This document shows, one piece after another, positions 1 through 10,937 of a DNA stretch of 64,000 nt; within the stretch, counting starts at the first letter, position 1, and every line of letters begins with the position of its first letter. Source of the DNA: Squalus acanthias (Eukaryota); NCBI GenBank assembly GCA_030390025.1, contig CM059432.1:22322001-22386000 (forward strand), written 5' to 3'. Under the pieces are notes generated by a model that ran no database searches, had not been told where the DNA came from, and saw only the letters and a program-made list of their open reading frames with translations. The position numbers were made by a program, and so were the translations under genes.

Positions 1-153
1 TTCTGAGCAGCGGTATTAGTGGAAAACATTTTGCTGTCGCCCCTCTCTATTGCCATGGTGGATTGAGTTTGTAGGAAGCGCTCTGGGAGAAACCATTTTG
101 GGATTTTGAGGAGTTTGATTGGTAAGTTTCCATCATAGTCTGGTCGGGAACTA
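1..153 (-). CDS. Candidate host-gene exon, product unidentified; runs off the window edge
   Basis: Minus-strand acceptor ccttgtttcaccag| at 154-155. The frame is open to the edge (SSRPDYDGNLPIKLLKIPKWFLPERFLQ...) and phase-compatible with the candidate exon 4650-4809. No recognised homology. Confidence 0.25.
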
Positions 154-414
154 CTGGTGAAACAAGGATGAGTTTTGCAAAAATCTTTTTTTTAAATTTC
201 TGCCTTTCCATGTGCTGAATGGAGTGGCTCTGCCCCATGTTTGTATGTAACCAAGTAGGTAGGAACATATGAATGCACTTGACCAGAGAAGACTATTATG
301 GTTCATCAGACTGGTGCTAAAGTCATGTAATTATCATGCACCACTCTTTCACACCCCTTAATCACCTGCTTTCGACAAATTTGCATCGAGCTCCCCTTTG
401 AGTTTAGACATAAT

Positions 415-1649
415 GGGCTAAATGTTAACTCCCAAAAACGGGTTGATTGGTGTCAGGTCAGAGGTTAAAATTTAAAAAATCTGAAACAGGATCGCAACCC
501 GCCTCAAACCTGCCCACTTCCGATTTTAACAGAGGCAAGACAAGGGTCGGGCGACCAATCCGCTCACGGGTGGCGGGTTGGTCATTTAAATATTATAATG
601 AGGCTACCTGCCTTCATTTTAACAGTCATTCTATTATTAACTCATGTTGGCCAGGTTTCCGGAAACCCGGCAGCTGAAAGGAGGTGAGAAGGGCTGAATC
701 CATAAGGTAAGTGCCTTTACAGCACTGCTTGTGGGCCAGGAGGAGCAGGGGTGCTTCCTCCAGGCTGTGTCAGCTGTGGCTCAGTTGGTAGCACACTCGC
801 CTCTGAGTCAGAAGGTTGTGGGTTCATAGTCCCACTCCAGGGACTTGAGTACATCAAGCTAGGCTGACACTACAGTGCAGTGCTGAGGGAGTGCTGCACT
901 GTCGGAGGTGCCGTCTTTTGGATGAGACGATAAACCGAGGCCCCGTCTGCTCTCTCAGGTGGAGGTGAAAGATCCCATGGCACTATTTCGAAGAAGAGCA
1001 GGAGAGTTATCCCTGGTGTCCTGGCCAATATTTATCCCTCAAACAACAAAACAGATTATCTGGTTATTAGCACATTGCTGTTTGTGGAACCTTGCTGTGC
1101 GCAATTTGGCTGCCATGTTTCCCACATTACAACAGTGACTCCACTTCAAAATGTACTTCATTGGCTGTAAAGCGATTTGAGACGTCCAGTGGTCGTGAAA
1201 GGCGCTATATAAATGCAAGTCTTTCTTTTCTTTCAGGCCCAACAAGCTACCCAGTAACCACCCCTCCACCCCGTGCCCACACCCCCCCCCACGATCTGTC
1301 TGCTCCCCCTCGACTACCATTGGACCCCCCCCCCGATCACCATATACTCCCCTGACCACCATTGCAACCCCCCCAACGATCGGGACCCTCCCACCCCCAC
1401 CCCGCGATCGGGATCCCACCACGAGACCTACCTGATCTCCTCATCTTTGGCCTTGTGAAGCAGGCTTCCCGCCTGAAAGGCCTCTAGCCTGTCAATCAGG
1501 CTGCCTGTGGGCGAGAATCTGACAGAAAATATTTAAAGGAGCCCTGCAGTTAAAAACTGCAGGACATTCGGGAACCCCATTCTTCCGGGTTTACTGACCT
1601 CACAACAGCCCCCTCATACGGAACACACCTCTGGGCTAAAATCCAGGCC
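415..1649. mobile_element. Non-autonomous DNA transposon (Harbinger-type MITE), interrupted by a SINE
   Basis: Degenerate ends gggctaaatgtt / aaaatccaggcc. Internal sequence is similar to 52417-53050 (e.g. gggttggtcatttaaatattataatgag, aaggtaagtgcctt). Confidence 0.55.
766..1233 (+). mobile_element. Full-length tRNA-derived Deu-domain SINE (SacSINE1/DeuSINE-like)
   Basis: tRNA-like head (tggctcagttggtagc A box, ggttca...tccc B box), Deu-domain core (gaggtgccgtc...gatcccatggcactatttcgaagaagagcagg), tail ending aaggcgctatataaatgcaagt(cttt)n. TSD caggc at 761-765 and 1234-1238. Confidence 0.85.
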
Positions 1650-1794
1650 AGTCTCTCTCCAGCTGCTCTATTCCAACAACAACAACAACTTGTATTTATA
1701 TAGTGCCTTTAATGTAGTAAAATGCCCCAAGGCGCTTCACAGGAATGCTATAAGATAAAAAAAAATTGAAACCGAGCCACATAAGGAGAAATTA

Positions 1795-3891
1795 GGGCAC
1801 TTAGGGGTAAAAATTGAGTCGCGCCCCATTTGGGGCGCTAACCTCGCCGGGGCACGACTTTTAGCGCCCCGAAAAAATTAGCGGCCCCGCGCCGGAACTT
1901 CAGTGGTTGCGCCCCAAGAGGGAAGCGGGGCGCCACTGGAAGCACCCCGCATCCCTCTTGGGGCGCTGCGAGTGAATATCCTGGCACTACGTGCCGCAGC
2001 GCCACGAGCTGCGGCACATCGCGCCGCGGTATTGCAGGCCTTCCTCCCCTTCTTAAAGGGGAGGGACCCTGCGCAGCGCGAACCGGGGCCCAGCTGGGCC
2101 CCCAGGGATCGGGAGTGCCGGCAAAAGAGCCCGGCACTCAAGAGAAGTGCCGGGCTCTTGGAGCGCAGCCGGCACTTCACGGTGGGGGGGCTTCACGGGG
2201 GCCGGGGGCAGGTGCTGGCAGGCGGCCAGCAACAAAAATGGCCGCCTGCCACCTCCCCTTTAAATATCGCCGCCCCGGCCGCACGTACGCCTCCCTGAAC
2301 CCGTCGGACATAGCGTCTGGCGGTAAATCAGGGGGCGCGACTGAAGATCGCGGCTGGAGCGCGAGCGGGGTGCTGCGCACGGCGATGACGTCATCGCCGG
2401 CGGCGCAGCGCCACAGGGCGCTACTGGCTGGCGCCGCCGCTAACCTCCCGCTGAATTTTTCGGGAGGCGTGGGCGGCGCTGCGCCCGGGCGTTAGCTGCT
2501 TTACGCCCCATTAGCGCCCTCTTAAGGCGCTAACGGGAGGCGCAAGCAGCTGAATTTTTCCCCCTTAGAAACTAATAGTAAGATTGGGCAGAGTCAACAT
2601 GGATTTATGAAAGGGAAGTTCTGTTTGACAAACCTATTGGAGTTCTTTGAGGATGTAACTAGTGGAGTAGACAAAGGGGAACCGGTAGATGTGGTGTATT
2701 TGGATTTTCAGAAGGCCTTCGATAAGGTCCCACACAAGAGGTTGGTGAACAAAATTAGGGCGCATGGAATTGGGGGTAATATACTGGCATGGATTGAGAA
2801 TTGGTTAACAGATAGAAAATAAAGAGTAGGGATAAATGGGTCTTTTTCAGGATGGCAGGCTGTGACTAGTGGGGTACTGCAAGGATCGGTGCATGGGCCC
2901 CAGTTATTCACAATCGATATCAATGATTTGGATGAGGGGACTAAATGTAACATTTCCAAATTTGCTGATGACACAAAGCTAGGTGGCAGTGTCAGCTGCG
3001 AAGAGGATGTGAAGAGGCTTCAAGGGGATCTCGACAGGCTCAGTGAGTGGACGAAAACATGGCAGATGGATTATAATGTGGATAAATGTGAAGTTATCCA
3101 CTTTGGTAGAAGAAACAGAAAGGCAGAGTATTTCCTAAATGGTGAAAGATTGGGGAATGCAGATGCTCAAAGGGACCTGGGTGTCCTTGTACATGAGTCA
3201 CTGAAAGTGAATGTGCAGGTGCAGCAAGCCATTAGGAAGGCAAATGGCATGCTGGCCTTCATTACAAGATAATTTGAGTACAGGAGTAAAGAAGTCTTAC
3301 TCCAATTATATAGGGCCTTGGTGAGACCACACCTGGCGTACTGTGTATAATTTTGGTCTCCTTACCTAAGGAAGGATATACTTGCCATAGAGGGAGTGCA
3401 ACGAAGGTTCACGAGATTGATTCCTAGGATGGCGGGACTATCGTATGAGAAGAGATTGAGTAAACTAGGCCTGTATTCTCTTGAATTCAGAAGAATGGGA
3501 GGGGATCTCATTGAAGCATATAACATTATTACAGGGCTTGATAGGGTGGATGCTGTGAGAATGTTTCCCTTGGCTGGGGAGTCTAGAACCAGGGGCCACA
3601 GCCTCAGGATAAAGGGTAGGCCATTCAGGACTGAGATGAGAAGAAATTTCTTCACACAGAGGGTGGTGAATCTTTGGAATTCTCTAGCCCAGAGGGCTGT
3701 GGAGGCTCAGTCATTGGGTATATTCAAAACAGAAGTCGATAGATTTCTGACTAGTAAGGGCATCAAGGGATATGGCGATAAGGCCAGTGAATGGAATTGA
3801 GGCAGAAGATCAGCCACGATCTCATTGAATGGCGGAGCAGGCTCGAAGGGCCGAATGGCTTACTCCTGCTCCTATTTCTTATGTTCTTATG
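1795..3891 (+). mobile_element. 5'-truncated CR1 LINE (RT and C-terminus with stop codons), with a MITE inserted near its 5' end
   Basis: ORF pieces QHGFMKGKFCLTN...YLDFQKAFDKV, KFADDTK, FFTQRVVNLWNSL. 3' UTR ends in (ttcttatg)n. Confidence 0.92.
1804..2564. mobile_element. GC-rich PIF/Harbinger-type MITE
   Basis: TIRs ggggtaaaaattgag / ctgaatttttccccc with a TTA TSD (1801-1803, 2565-2567). Removing it restores the CR1 codons CAC TTA GAA ACT (HLET). Confidence 0.88.
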
Positions 3892-4649
3892 TCCATCTGA
3901 CCAAAAGCTTGGTCAAAGAGGTAGGTTTTAAGGAGCATCCACACTTTCATTATCCCCCGCCCCCATATAAAATAATTAACTCTAAACTGTTCACCTTTGA
4001 CCTTGAATCCATGGGGTAGATTTTTGTCTTCACCACCTTGGCGGTAATCTGGTAGAGCTGATCGCCCGTTCATTAGAGAACCTGCCTGAAATCAATGGTG
4101 ATCTGCTCTGACAAATTATCACCCAAGTCAAGATATGCCTATTGCAGTACAGTGACCCGACTGCACACAATACACCAGGTGAGGTTAACCCAATGCTCTG
4201 TATAATCTCTCATCACTTCTTGGAATCAATGCTTTATTGCTCTGAATATGTACTCCAAGATCTCATTTGCTCTTGTTACTGCTGCCGCACTCTATGCTGA
4301 TGGTACTACCAGTACCCCAAGATTCCACATCCCATAAGATTTCCATTGCTTATTCCATTTCTTAATCACTTTGTTCTGCGTTAATACTCATTAAAGATTG
4401 GCATTCATCAGCCCAATTTCCCATTTTATCTAAATTTTTCTGTATTTTGACCACTTCTTTGCAACCTACTCCCAGTTTAATTTTGTAAGATTATTATTAA
4501 TTTTGTTCACCCCTATGTTTAGAGAAATAATCTTATTACTTGATCTAACCTTGAGCGGAAACAACAACCACAGAAACTGGTATTACAAATACTAAGCACT
4601 TTATTCAACTGCTGAACAACAATAAGCAACAGCTGTAAACAATACTCAC

Positions 4650-4809
4650 AACTGTGGAGTATGGTTCAGAATGCAATTGACCAGACCGTTTTTCTGGGGA
4701 GGGCCGTGAGTGTCTACTGAAGCGATTCTTCCTTGTCTTCGTCTTTTGCTTCTTCTGATGATATAATTCGCTTTTTTTTGGTACAGTTTTTGAGGTGAGC
4801 CTGGTGAAC
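4650..4809 (-). CDS. Candidate host-gene exon, product unidentified
   Basis: Donor |gtgagt at 4649 and a weak acceptor gctttaaaag|. 160 nt open as (G)SPGSPQKLYQKKANYIIRRSKRRRQGRIASVDTHGPPQKNGLVNCILNHTPQ; phases join to 1-153. Confidence 0.3.
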
Positions 4810-4829
4810 CTTTTAAAGCAATATTCTTT

Positions 4830-5669
4830 GGGGGAAAAACTCGGTTGCTTTGCGCCTCCCGTTAGCGCCTTAATGGGGTGCAAAGCAACCAGCGCCCGGG
4901 CGCGGCGATGTTTGCACCACTCTCGAAATTGACCAGACATTTTGCGGCGGCGCTAAACACTACTGCCACGAGCTCCTGCACCCGCAGATCATGACATCAG
5001 TCGGAGTGTGCAACGCCCCGGTAGCGCCGCGGACCGGATATTGAGTGGCGCCCCCTGCCTTACCGCCTGCCGCTAGCAACGACGGTTGAGGGGATCGTTT
5101 TGCAATCGAGAAGGTACTGGGGAAGAGCTATTTAAAGGCGACCGCTTCCTGCCTTTTTTTGTCTGCGACATTTTTGCACCACACATTCTGAGAGAGAGAG
5201 AGTGAGACTTCTGAAGAGATTCAATGCTGTGTGAAGGAGTTTTGGGTACTGAGCAGCACTTTGCAGGTTCATTTTGATTTGACCTTCCTTGCATTGATTT
5301 AGAAGAGACTATGGGGACTGCACTCTACGCTCTTTCCCTGGTACTCTCCATTGTTCTTTCCAGCAGATTTGATGTACAGGTCTCTCCAGGCCGAGATTCA
5401 AGGCTGCAATGAGCAGGGTGTGGATGGAGAGCAAGATCAACCCTCCCCTTTAAGAACTGGCCGGCGCCAGTGAGTCTGTGTTCCATTGCTGACTGACATC
5501 ACATGAGCTTTGCCAGCGCTCTGAGGTAGCGCCTCGCTCCTCGGCATTAGCGCCTTAAGAGAGGTGTGTAGCGCCTGATTTAGCGCTCCAATCACTTCCA
5601 GGGGCAATAGAAGCCAAGTTTGCAGTCGGAGGCGATAATTAGCGCCAGGCGCTACCGAATTTCTCCCCC
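4830..5669. mobile_element. Harbinger-type MITE (same family as 34497-35389)
   Basis: Ends gggggaaaaactcgg / ccgaatttctccccc with a ttt TSD. Colinear with 34497-35389 along nearly its whole length. Confidence 0.88.
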
Positions 5670-5879
5670 TTTGTGTCTTCTCTGTCATTTTGTTGATGTA
5701 GTGTCCAAAGTTGTGATTTTTTTTCTGTTCTACGTCTGTTCCTTATTTTCTTTAAGCAACAGACAAAAATCTATCCTTTGCGGTTAACTGACAAAATGTC
5801 TGTTCAACAACTTACAGGCTGGGTTTTTTCCATTAGCTAAAAGTTCATCACATTTTAGAAAGTGGCCATGCTAACTTTT

Positions 5880-5932
5880 ACCACAGATGCTGCCTGACTT
5901 GCTGAGTATTTCCAGCATTTTCTGTTTTTATT
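5880..5932 (+). mobile_element. Short Penelope-like element terminal fragment
   Basis: ccacagatgctgcctgacttgctgagtatttccagcattttctgttttt is the reverse complement of the PLE end at ~59608-59657. Confidence 0.7.
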
Positions 5933-5939
5933 AATTAAA

Positions 5940-6420
5940 AAAAAATGATGGGCTATATTGCAAAATGAGTACAATAGACATTGGAGGCAGTGATGCTGAA
6001 GCTGTATATTGCTTTGGTCAGGCCACATCTTGAGTACTGCATTCAGCTCTAGTCACTGATGCGCACGGGAAACATCCCTACCCAGTAAATGATGCAGAGC
6101 AGAGCCCTGAGGCTGATGTCTCGTGTCAAAAGACTGAGGTTTGAGGAAAGATGAAAAGGAAGTGAATATGAGGGTCCCTTATAGAGATATGTCAGATACT
6201 AAGTGAAGTAGGAACAATCAATCCTAAGCACTATATTAAGTTAAACCATGACTGTAGGAGAAGGGGGACACAGGCACAATTTGATAAAAAGGCAAATTCA
6301 GCACTTTTTCAACCAAACAGTGATTAATTCCTGGTATGGTAGGCTAGTTGAGGCAAAATCTCTGGAATCATTCAAGGGATAATTGGATGTTGTGATGGGG
6401 AAACTATAGGCTTCTATAGC
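5940..6420 (+). mobile_element. Old, highly diverged CR1 3' fragment
   Basis: Residual LYIALVRPHLEYCIQ motif (ctgtatattgctttggtcaggccacatcttgagtactgcattcag). Confidence 0.65.
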
Positions 6421-7029
6421 AGATGGGTCAAAGAGCTATAATCACCTATACTTATCTAAGTGATCGGTGTTGTAATAGCAACTTTAAAATAATTTGGTTA
6501 AAAATGGCTAAATTCATGATAAAAACATTTGGAAAAAGTGTTGCCAAAGTATAATTTTTCCCTCAGTAGTTTCCATTACTAGAATTTTCCTTAGCAACAA
6601 CTGGCTTGCACAGACTTACTAGTAATTAGTATGAGAGTAGTCTCTTGTCTTATACATTTGGGACAGACTCAAGATATTACTTAATTATAATACTTCAGTT
6701 TGGCTACAGATCTGTTGGATAAATATTTTCAATTAGATTTCAGAAACAGTGATGTGTAAGAGGATGTTACGAGGCTTCTTCAATTGACGAGAAATGTTAA
6801 AGGGAAATAAATGAAGATTAGTTACCTTGTTAACTATCATTAAGCAATGTATGCTGAGTTAGTGGATCTGTCCATCTAAGGTGCAGAAAGAATGGAAGAT
6901 AGCTGAATGGAGTTTCCAATATCGTTTAGGAATTAAAGTTTTTTTGACAACAACTTGCACCTTTAAAATAGCAAATACGTGAGGGGTACAGTAACTATGC
7001 CAGCAATTCAGAGGGCATAAATTCATATC

Positions 7030-7320
7030 CCACCATGGCAAGTTGTGAAGTCTGCTAATTTGTGGGCTAGCACCATAAAATTATCGTGAATTGCGGTAAA
7101 AACCCAACTGGTTCACTAATGTCTTTCAGAAAAAGGAACAGACCACCACACATGACTCTAGTCCCCACTCTGTGGTTGACTCTTTATGGCCTCTGAAGTG
7201 ACCTGATGTAACTAGCCACGAGTCATTAAGAAGGCCCACCAACTTCTCAGAGGAACTAAGATTGGTTAACAAATGTGGTCTTGCCAGTACTGCCCATATT
7301 CTGAGAGCAGATGTAAAAAG
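7030..7320 (+). mobile_element. Old 3' fragment of a poly(A)-tailed CR1/L2-group LINE (family B) or a derived SINE
   Basis: aagaaggcccaccaacttctcag...ttgccagtactgcccatattctgag resembles the family B tail at ~19370-19470. Confidence 0.45.
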
Positions 7321-7590
7321 AAGATTGATAGAATATTGTGGTCAGCAGTGAATTATGACATATTTGTCACTTATGAGGCTGAACATAAGGTCCTCAGTCA
7401 TTTGAGGATTTGTTTTTAAATTGACAAACGCAGGGGGCCACATACTGAAAGGAGTAGGAGAGAACAAGGTAAATTAATGCTTAGCTGGCATCAAGCGTGG
7501 CTTTTAAAAGCCAGTAGAATATGAAAGATCAGAACAATGAGGGAGTTAAGCAATTCACAAGAAGTTCTGAGAAAGAATGATTTCGAGTAG

Positions 7591-7786
7591 GACACGGAGT
7601 AGAAAGAATACAAGAGAACCTGGAGCTAAAAGAGCAATCAGATGACAGTCTTTTCCTTGTATCGTGTCAAGGAATGTGATAGAGATGTTAGAAGAACCTC
7701 TCCTATATAGAAGTGTTCAAGTATGCGAGATAGTTCATTCACTGCTAATTGTGGCGTACCTTTTAAGTGAGCACAACAAAGAGTGA
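7591..7786 (+). repeat. 196-bp direct repeat, left copy (TSD-like flank of the young CR1)
   Basis: Identical by eye to 10742-10937. Confidence 0.95.
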
Positions 7787-10503
7787 TTACAGAAACATGG
7801 CTGCAGGGTGACAATGCCTGGGAATTAAACATACCAGGTTATTTAACGATCAGGAAGGACAGGAAGGAAGGAAGGGGAGGTGGGGTGGCTATGTTAATAA
7901 AGGAAGGAATCACTGTAATACAGAGTAATGATATTGGGTCAAAAAATCATGATAATGAAACAGTTTGGGTGGAGATAAGGAATAATAAGGGGAAAAAAAC
8001 ACTAGTGGGCGTAGTCTATAGGCCTCCGAACAGTTGCAACTCTGTTGGACGGAGTATCAATCAGGAAATAGTTGAGGCATGTAATAAGGGAACATCTATA
8101 ATTATGGGGGATTTTAACTATCATATTAATTGGACAAATCAAATGGGGCAGGGCTGCCTTGAGGATGAGTTCATTGAGTGTATTAGGGATGGGTTTCTTG
8201 AGCAGTATGTAACTGAACCGACCAGGGGGCAAGCAACCTTAGATCTGGTCCTGTGTAACGAGACAGGATTAATTAAAAATGTCCTAGTAAAGGATCCCCT
8301 TGGAATGAGTGACCATAACATGGTTGAATTCCATATTCAATTAGAGGGTGAGAAGGTTGGATCTCAAACAAGCGTGCTAAGCTTGAATAAAGGAGACTAT
8401 GAAGGTATGCGAGCGGAATTGAGTAGAGTGGATTGGGAAAATAGATTAAAGGGTAAGACGACACATGATCAGTGGTGTACATTCAAGGAGTTATTTTACA
8501 ACTTCCAAAAAAAATATATTCCACTGAAAAGAAAAGGGTGTAAAAGAAAGGACAGTCATCCGTGGCTAAGTAAAGAAATTAAGGATAGTATTCGACTAAA
8601 AACAAGGGCATATAAGGTAGCGAAATCTAGTGGGAGGACGGAGGATTGGGAAAACTTTAAAAGGCAGCAAAAAATAACAAAAAGATTGATTAAGAAAGGG
8701 AAGATAGATTATGAAAGTAAATTAGCAAAAAATATAAAAACAGATAGTAAGAGTTTTTATAGTTATATAAAAAGAAAAAGGGTGGCTAAAGTAAATGTTG
8801 GTCCCTTAGAGGATGAGACCGGGAAATTAATGGTGGGAAATATGGAGATGGCAAAAACACTGAATGAATATTTTGTATCAGTCTTTACAGTAGAAGACAC
8901 TAAGAATATCCCAACACTGGACAAACAGGGGGCTATAGGGGGAGAGGAGCTAAACACGATCAAAATCACTAAGGAAGTGGTACTCGGTAAAATAATGGGA
9001 CTCAAGGCGGATAAATCACCTGGACCTGATGGCTTACATCCTAGAGTCTTGAAGGAAGTGGCGGTAGGGATTGTAGATGCATTGGTAATAATTTTTCAAA
9101 ACTCCCTGGATTCCGCTAAGGTCCCGGCAGACTGGAAAACTGCTAATGTAACACCCTTATTTAAAAAGGGCAGTAGACAGAAGGCTGGTAACTATAGACC
9201 GGTTAGCCTAACATCTGTGGTAGGTAAAATTTTGGAGTCCATTATTAAGGAAACAGTAACAGGACATTTGGATAATCATAATTTAATAGGACAAAGTCAG
9301 CATGGTTTTATGAAGGGGAAGTCATGTTTGACAAATTTGCTGGAGTTCTTTGAGGAAGTAACATATAGAGTGGATAAAGGGGAACCAGTGGACGTAGTGT
9401 ATTTAGACTTCCAAAAGGCATTTGACAAGGTGCCACACAAAAGATTATTGCTTAAGGTAAAAAATCACGGGATTGGGGGTAATATTCTGGCATGGATAGA
9501 GGATTGGCTATCTAACAGAAAGCAAAGAGTTGGGATAAATGGTTCATTCTCAGACTGGCAATCAGTAACTAGTGGTGTTCCACAGGGGTCAGTGCTGGGT
9601 CCCCAACTCTTTACAATCTATATTAACGATTTGGAGGAAGGGACCAAGTGTAACATATCAAAATTTGCAGATGATACTAAGATGGGAGGGAAAGTAGTGA
9701 GTGAGGAGGACATAAAAAACCTGCAAGGGGACATAGACAGGCTAAGTAAGTGGGCAGAGATTTGGCAGATGGAATACAACACTGGAAAGTGTGAGGTGAT
9801 GCACTTTGGCAGGAAAAATCCTAGAGCAATTTATTATCTTAATGGCAAGAAACTGGAGAGTACTGAAGTGCAAAGGGATCTGGGGGTCCTGGTGCACGAA
9901 ACTCAAAAGGTTAGTATGCAGGTGCAGCAAGTGATTAAGAAGGCAAATGGAATGTTGGCTTTCATTGCTAGGGGGATAGAATATAAAAATAGGGAGGTAT
10001 TGCTTCAGTTGTACAAGGTATTGGTGAGACCGCACCTGGAATACTGCATACAGTTTTGGTGTCCTTACTTAAGGAAAGACATCCTTGCTCTCGAGGCAGT
10101 GCAAAAAAGGTTCACTCGGTTAATCCCGGGGATGAGGGGGTGGTCATATGAGGAGAGGTTGGGTAGATTGGGACTCTACTCATTGGAGTTCAGAAGAATG
10201 AGAGGCGATCTTATTGAAACATATAAGATTGTGAAGGGGTTGGATCGGGTGGATGCGGGGAGGATGTTCCCGATGACGGGTGAGACGAGAACTAGGGGAC
10301 ATAGTCTTAGAATAAGGGGCTGCTCTTTCAAAACTGAGATGAGGAGGAACTACTTCACTCAGAGGGTGGTAGGTCCATGGAATATGCTGCCACAAAAAGC
10401 TGTAGAAGCTACAACATTAATTAAATTTAAAACAGAAATAGACAGTTTCCTAGAAGTAAAGGGCATTAAGGGTTACGGGGAGCGGGCAGGAATTTGGACA
10501 TGA
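7786..10503 (+). CDS. CR1 ORF2 (APE endonuclease lacking its N-terminus, plus reverse transcriptase), no stops or frameshifts
   Basis: Motifs ITETW, YRPP, MGDFN, SDHN (EN); KSPGPDG, NYRPVSLTS, YLDFQKAFDKV, GVPQGSVLGP, FADD (RT). The GTG 'start' at 7783 is flanking DNA. Confidence 0.95.
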   Translation: MTETWLQGDNAWELNIPGYLTIRKDRKEGRGGGVAMLIKEGITVIQSNDIGSKNHDNETVWVEIRNNKGKKTLVGVVYRPPNSCNSVGRSINQEIVEACNKGTSIIMGDFNYHINWTNQMGQGCLEDEFIECIRDGFLEQYVTEPTRGQATLDLVLCNETGLIKNVLVKDPLGMSDHNMVEFHIQLEGEKVGSQTSVLSLNKGDYEGMRAELSRVDWENRLKGKTTHDQWCTFKELFYNFQKKYIPLKRKGCKRKDSHPWLSKEIKDSIRLKTRAYKVAKSSGRTEDWENFKRQQKITKRLIKKGKIDYESKLAKNIKTDSKSFYSYIKRKRVAKVNVGPLEDETGKLMVGNMEMAKTLNEYFVSVFTVEDTKNIPTLDKQGAIGGEELNTIKITKEVVLGKIMGLKADKSPGPDGLHPRVLKEVAVGIVDALVIIFQNSLDSAKVPADWKTANVTPLFKKGSRQKAGNYRPVSLTSVVGKILESIIKETVTGHLDNHNLIGQSQHGFMKGKSCLTNLLEFFEEVTYRVDKGEPVDVVYLDFQKAFDKVPHKRLLLKVKNHGIGGNILAWIEDWLSNRKQRVGINGSFSDWQSVTSGVPQGSVLGPQLFTIYINDLEEGTKCNISKFADDTKMGGKVVSEEDIKNLQGDIDRLSKWAEIWQMEYNTGKCEVMHFGRKNPRAIYYLNGKKLESTEVQRDLGVLVHETQKVSMQVQQVIKKANGMLAFIARGIEYKNREVLLQLYKVLVRPHLEYCIQFWCPYLRKDILALEAVQKRFTRLIPGMRGWSYEERLGRLGLYSLEFRRMRGDLIETYKIVKGLDRVDAGRMFPMTGETRTRGHSLRIRGCSFKTEMRRNYFTQRVVGPWNMLPQKAVEATTLIKFKTEIDSFLEVKGIKGYGERAGIWT

Positions 10504-10741
10504 GTCTAGGTTCGGATCGGTCATGGCCCTGTGGGTAGTGGAGCGGGCCCAGGGACTGTGTAGCCTGATTCTGCTCCTATTTTGTGTGTGCAATTCTGTT
10601 AGATGCAGGAGATGGTTCTGTGATAGATAGTAGATTGGCGGTTAGGATCAGATCAGCCATGATCTTATTGAATGGCGGAGCAGGCTCGAGGGGCCGATTG
10701 GCCTACTCCTGCTCCTATTTCTTATGTTCTTATGTTCTTAT
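7787..10741 (+). mobile_element. Young 5'-truncated CR1 LINE
   Basis: Uninterrupted ORF2, a 3' UTR and an (ttcttatg)n tail, flanked by identical 196-bp repeats. Confidence 0.97.
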
Positions 10742-10937
10742 GACACGGAGTAGAAAGAATACAAGAGAACCTGGAGCTAAAAGAGCAATCAGATGACAGT
10801 CTTTTCCTTGTATCGTGTCAAGGAATGTGATAGAGATGTTAGAAGAACCTCTCCTATATAGAAGTGTTCAAGTATGCGAGATAGTTCATTCACTGCTAAT
10901 TGTGGCGTACCTTTTAAGTGAGCACAACAAAGAGTGA
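10742..10937 (+). repeat. 196-bp direct repeat, right copy
   Basis: Identical to 7591-7786 and abuts the CR1 tail. Confidence 0.95.

Larger units (their letters stand above)
1675..3935 (-). mobile_element. L2-type LINE 3' end, split by a CR1 insertion (pieces ~1675-1797 and ~3896-3935)
   Basis: (aac)n tail plus ttgtatttatatagtgcc...attagggca and tgaccaaaagcttggtcaaagagg, matching the uninterrupted copies at 12213 and 25027. Confidence 0.75.

Noticed and set aside
766..840. tRNA gene
   Set aside because: It is the tRNA-derived head of a SINE, followed by the Deu domain and tail.
1838..2495. Cluster of overlapping ORFs in GC-rich DNA
   Set aside because: They lie inside a TIR/TSD-bounded MITE, where high GC suppresses stops. 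The same applies to ORFs in the other MITEs.
8002..10395. Antisense ORFs within CR1 ORF2 (and in the other LINEs)
   Set aside because: Shadow frames of the coding strand.
7591..10937. 196-bp repeats as LTRs
   Set aside because: There are no TG...CA ends, PBS or PPT, and the interior is an APE-RT non-LTR element with a microsatellite tail.
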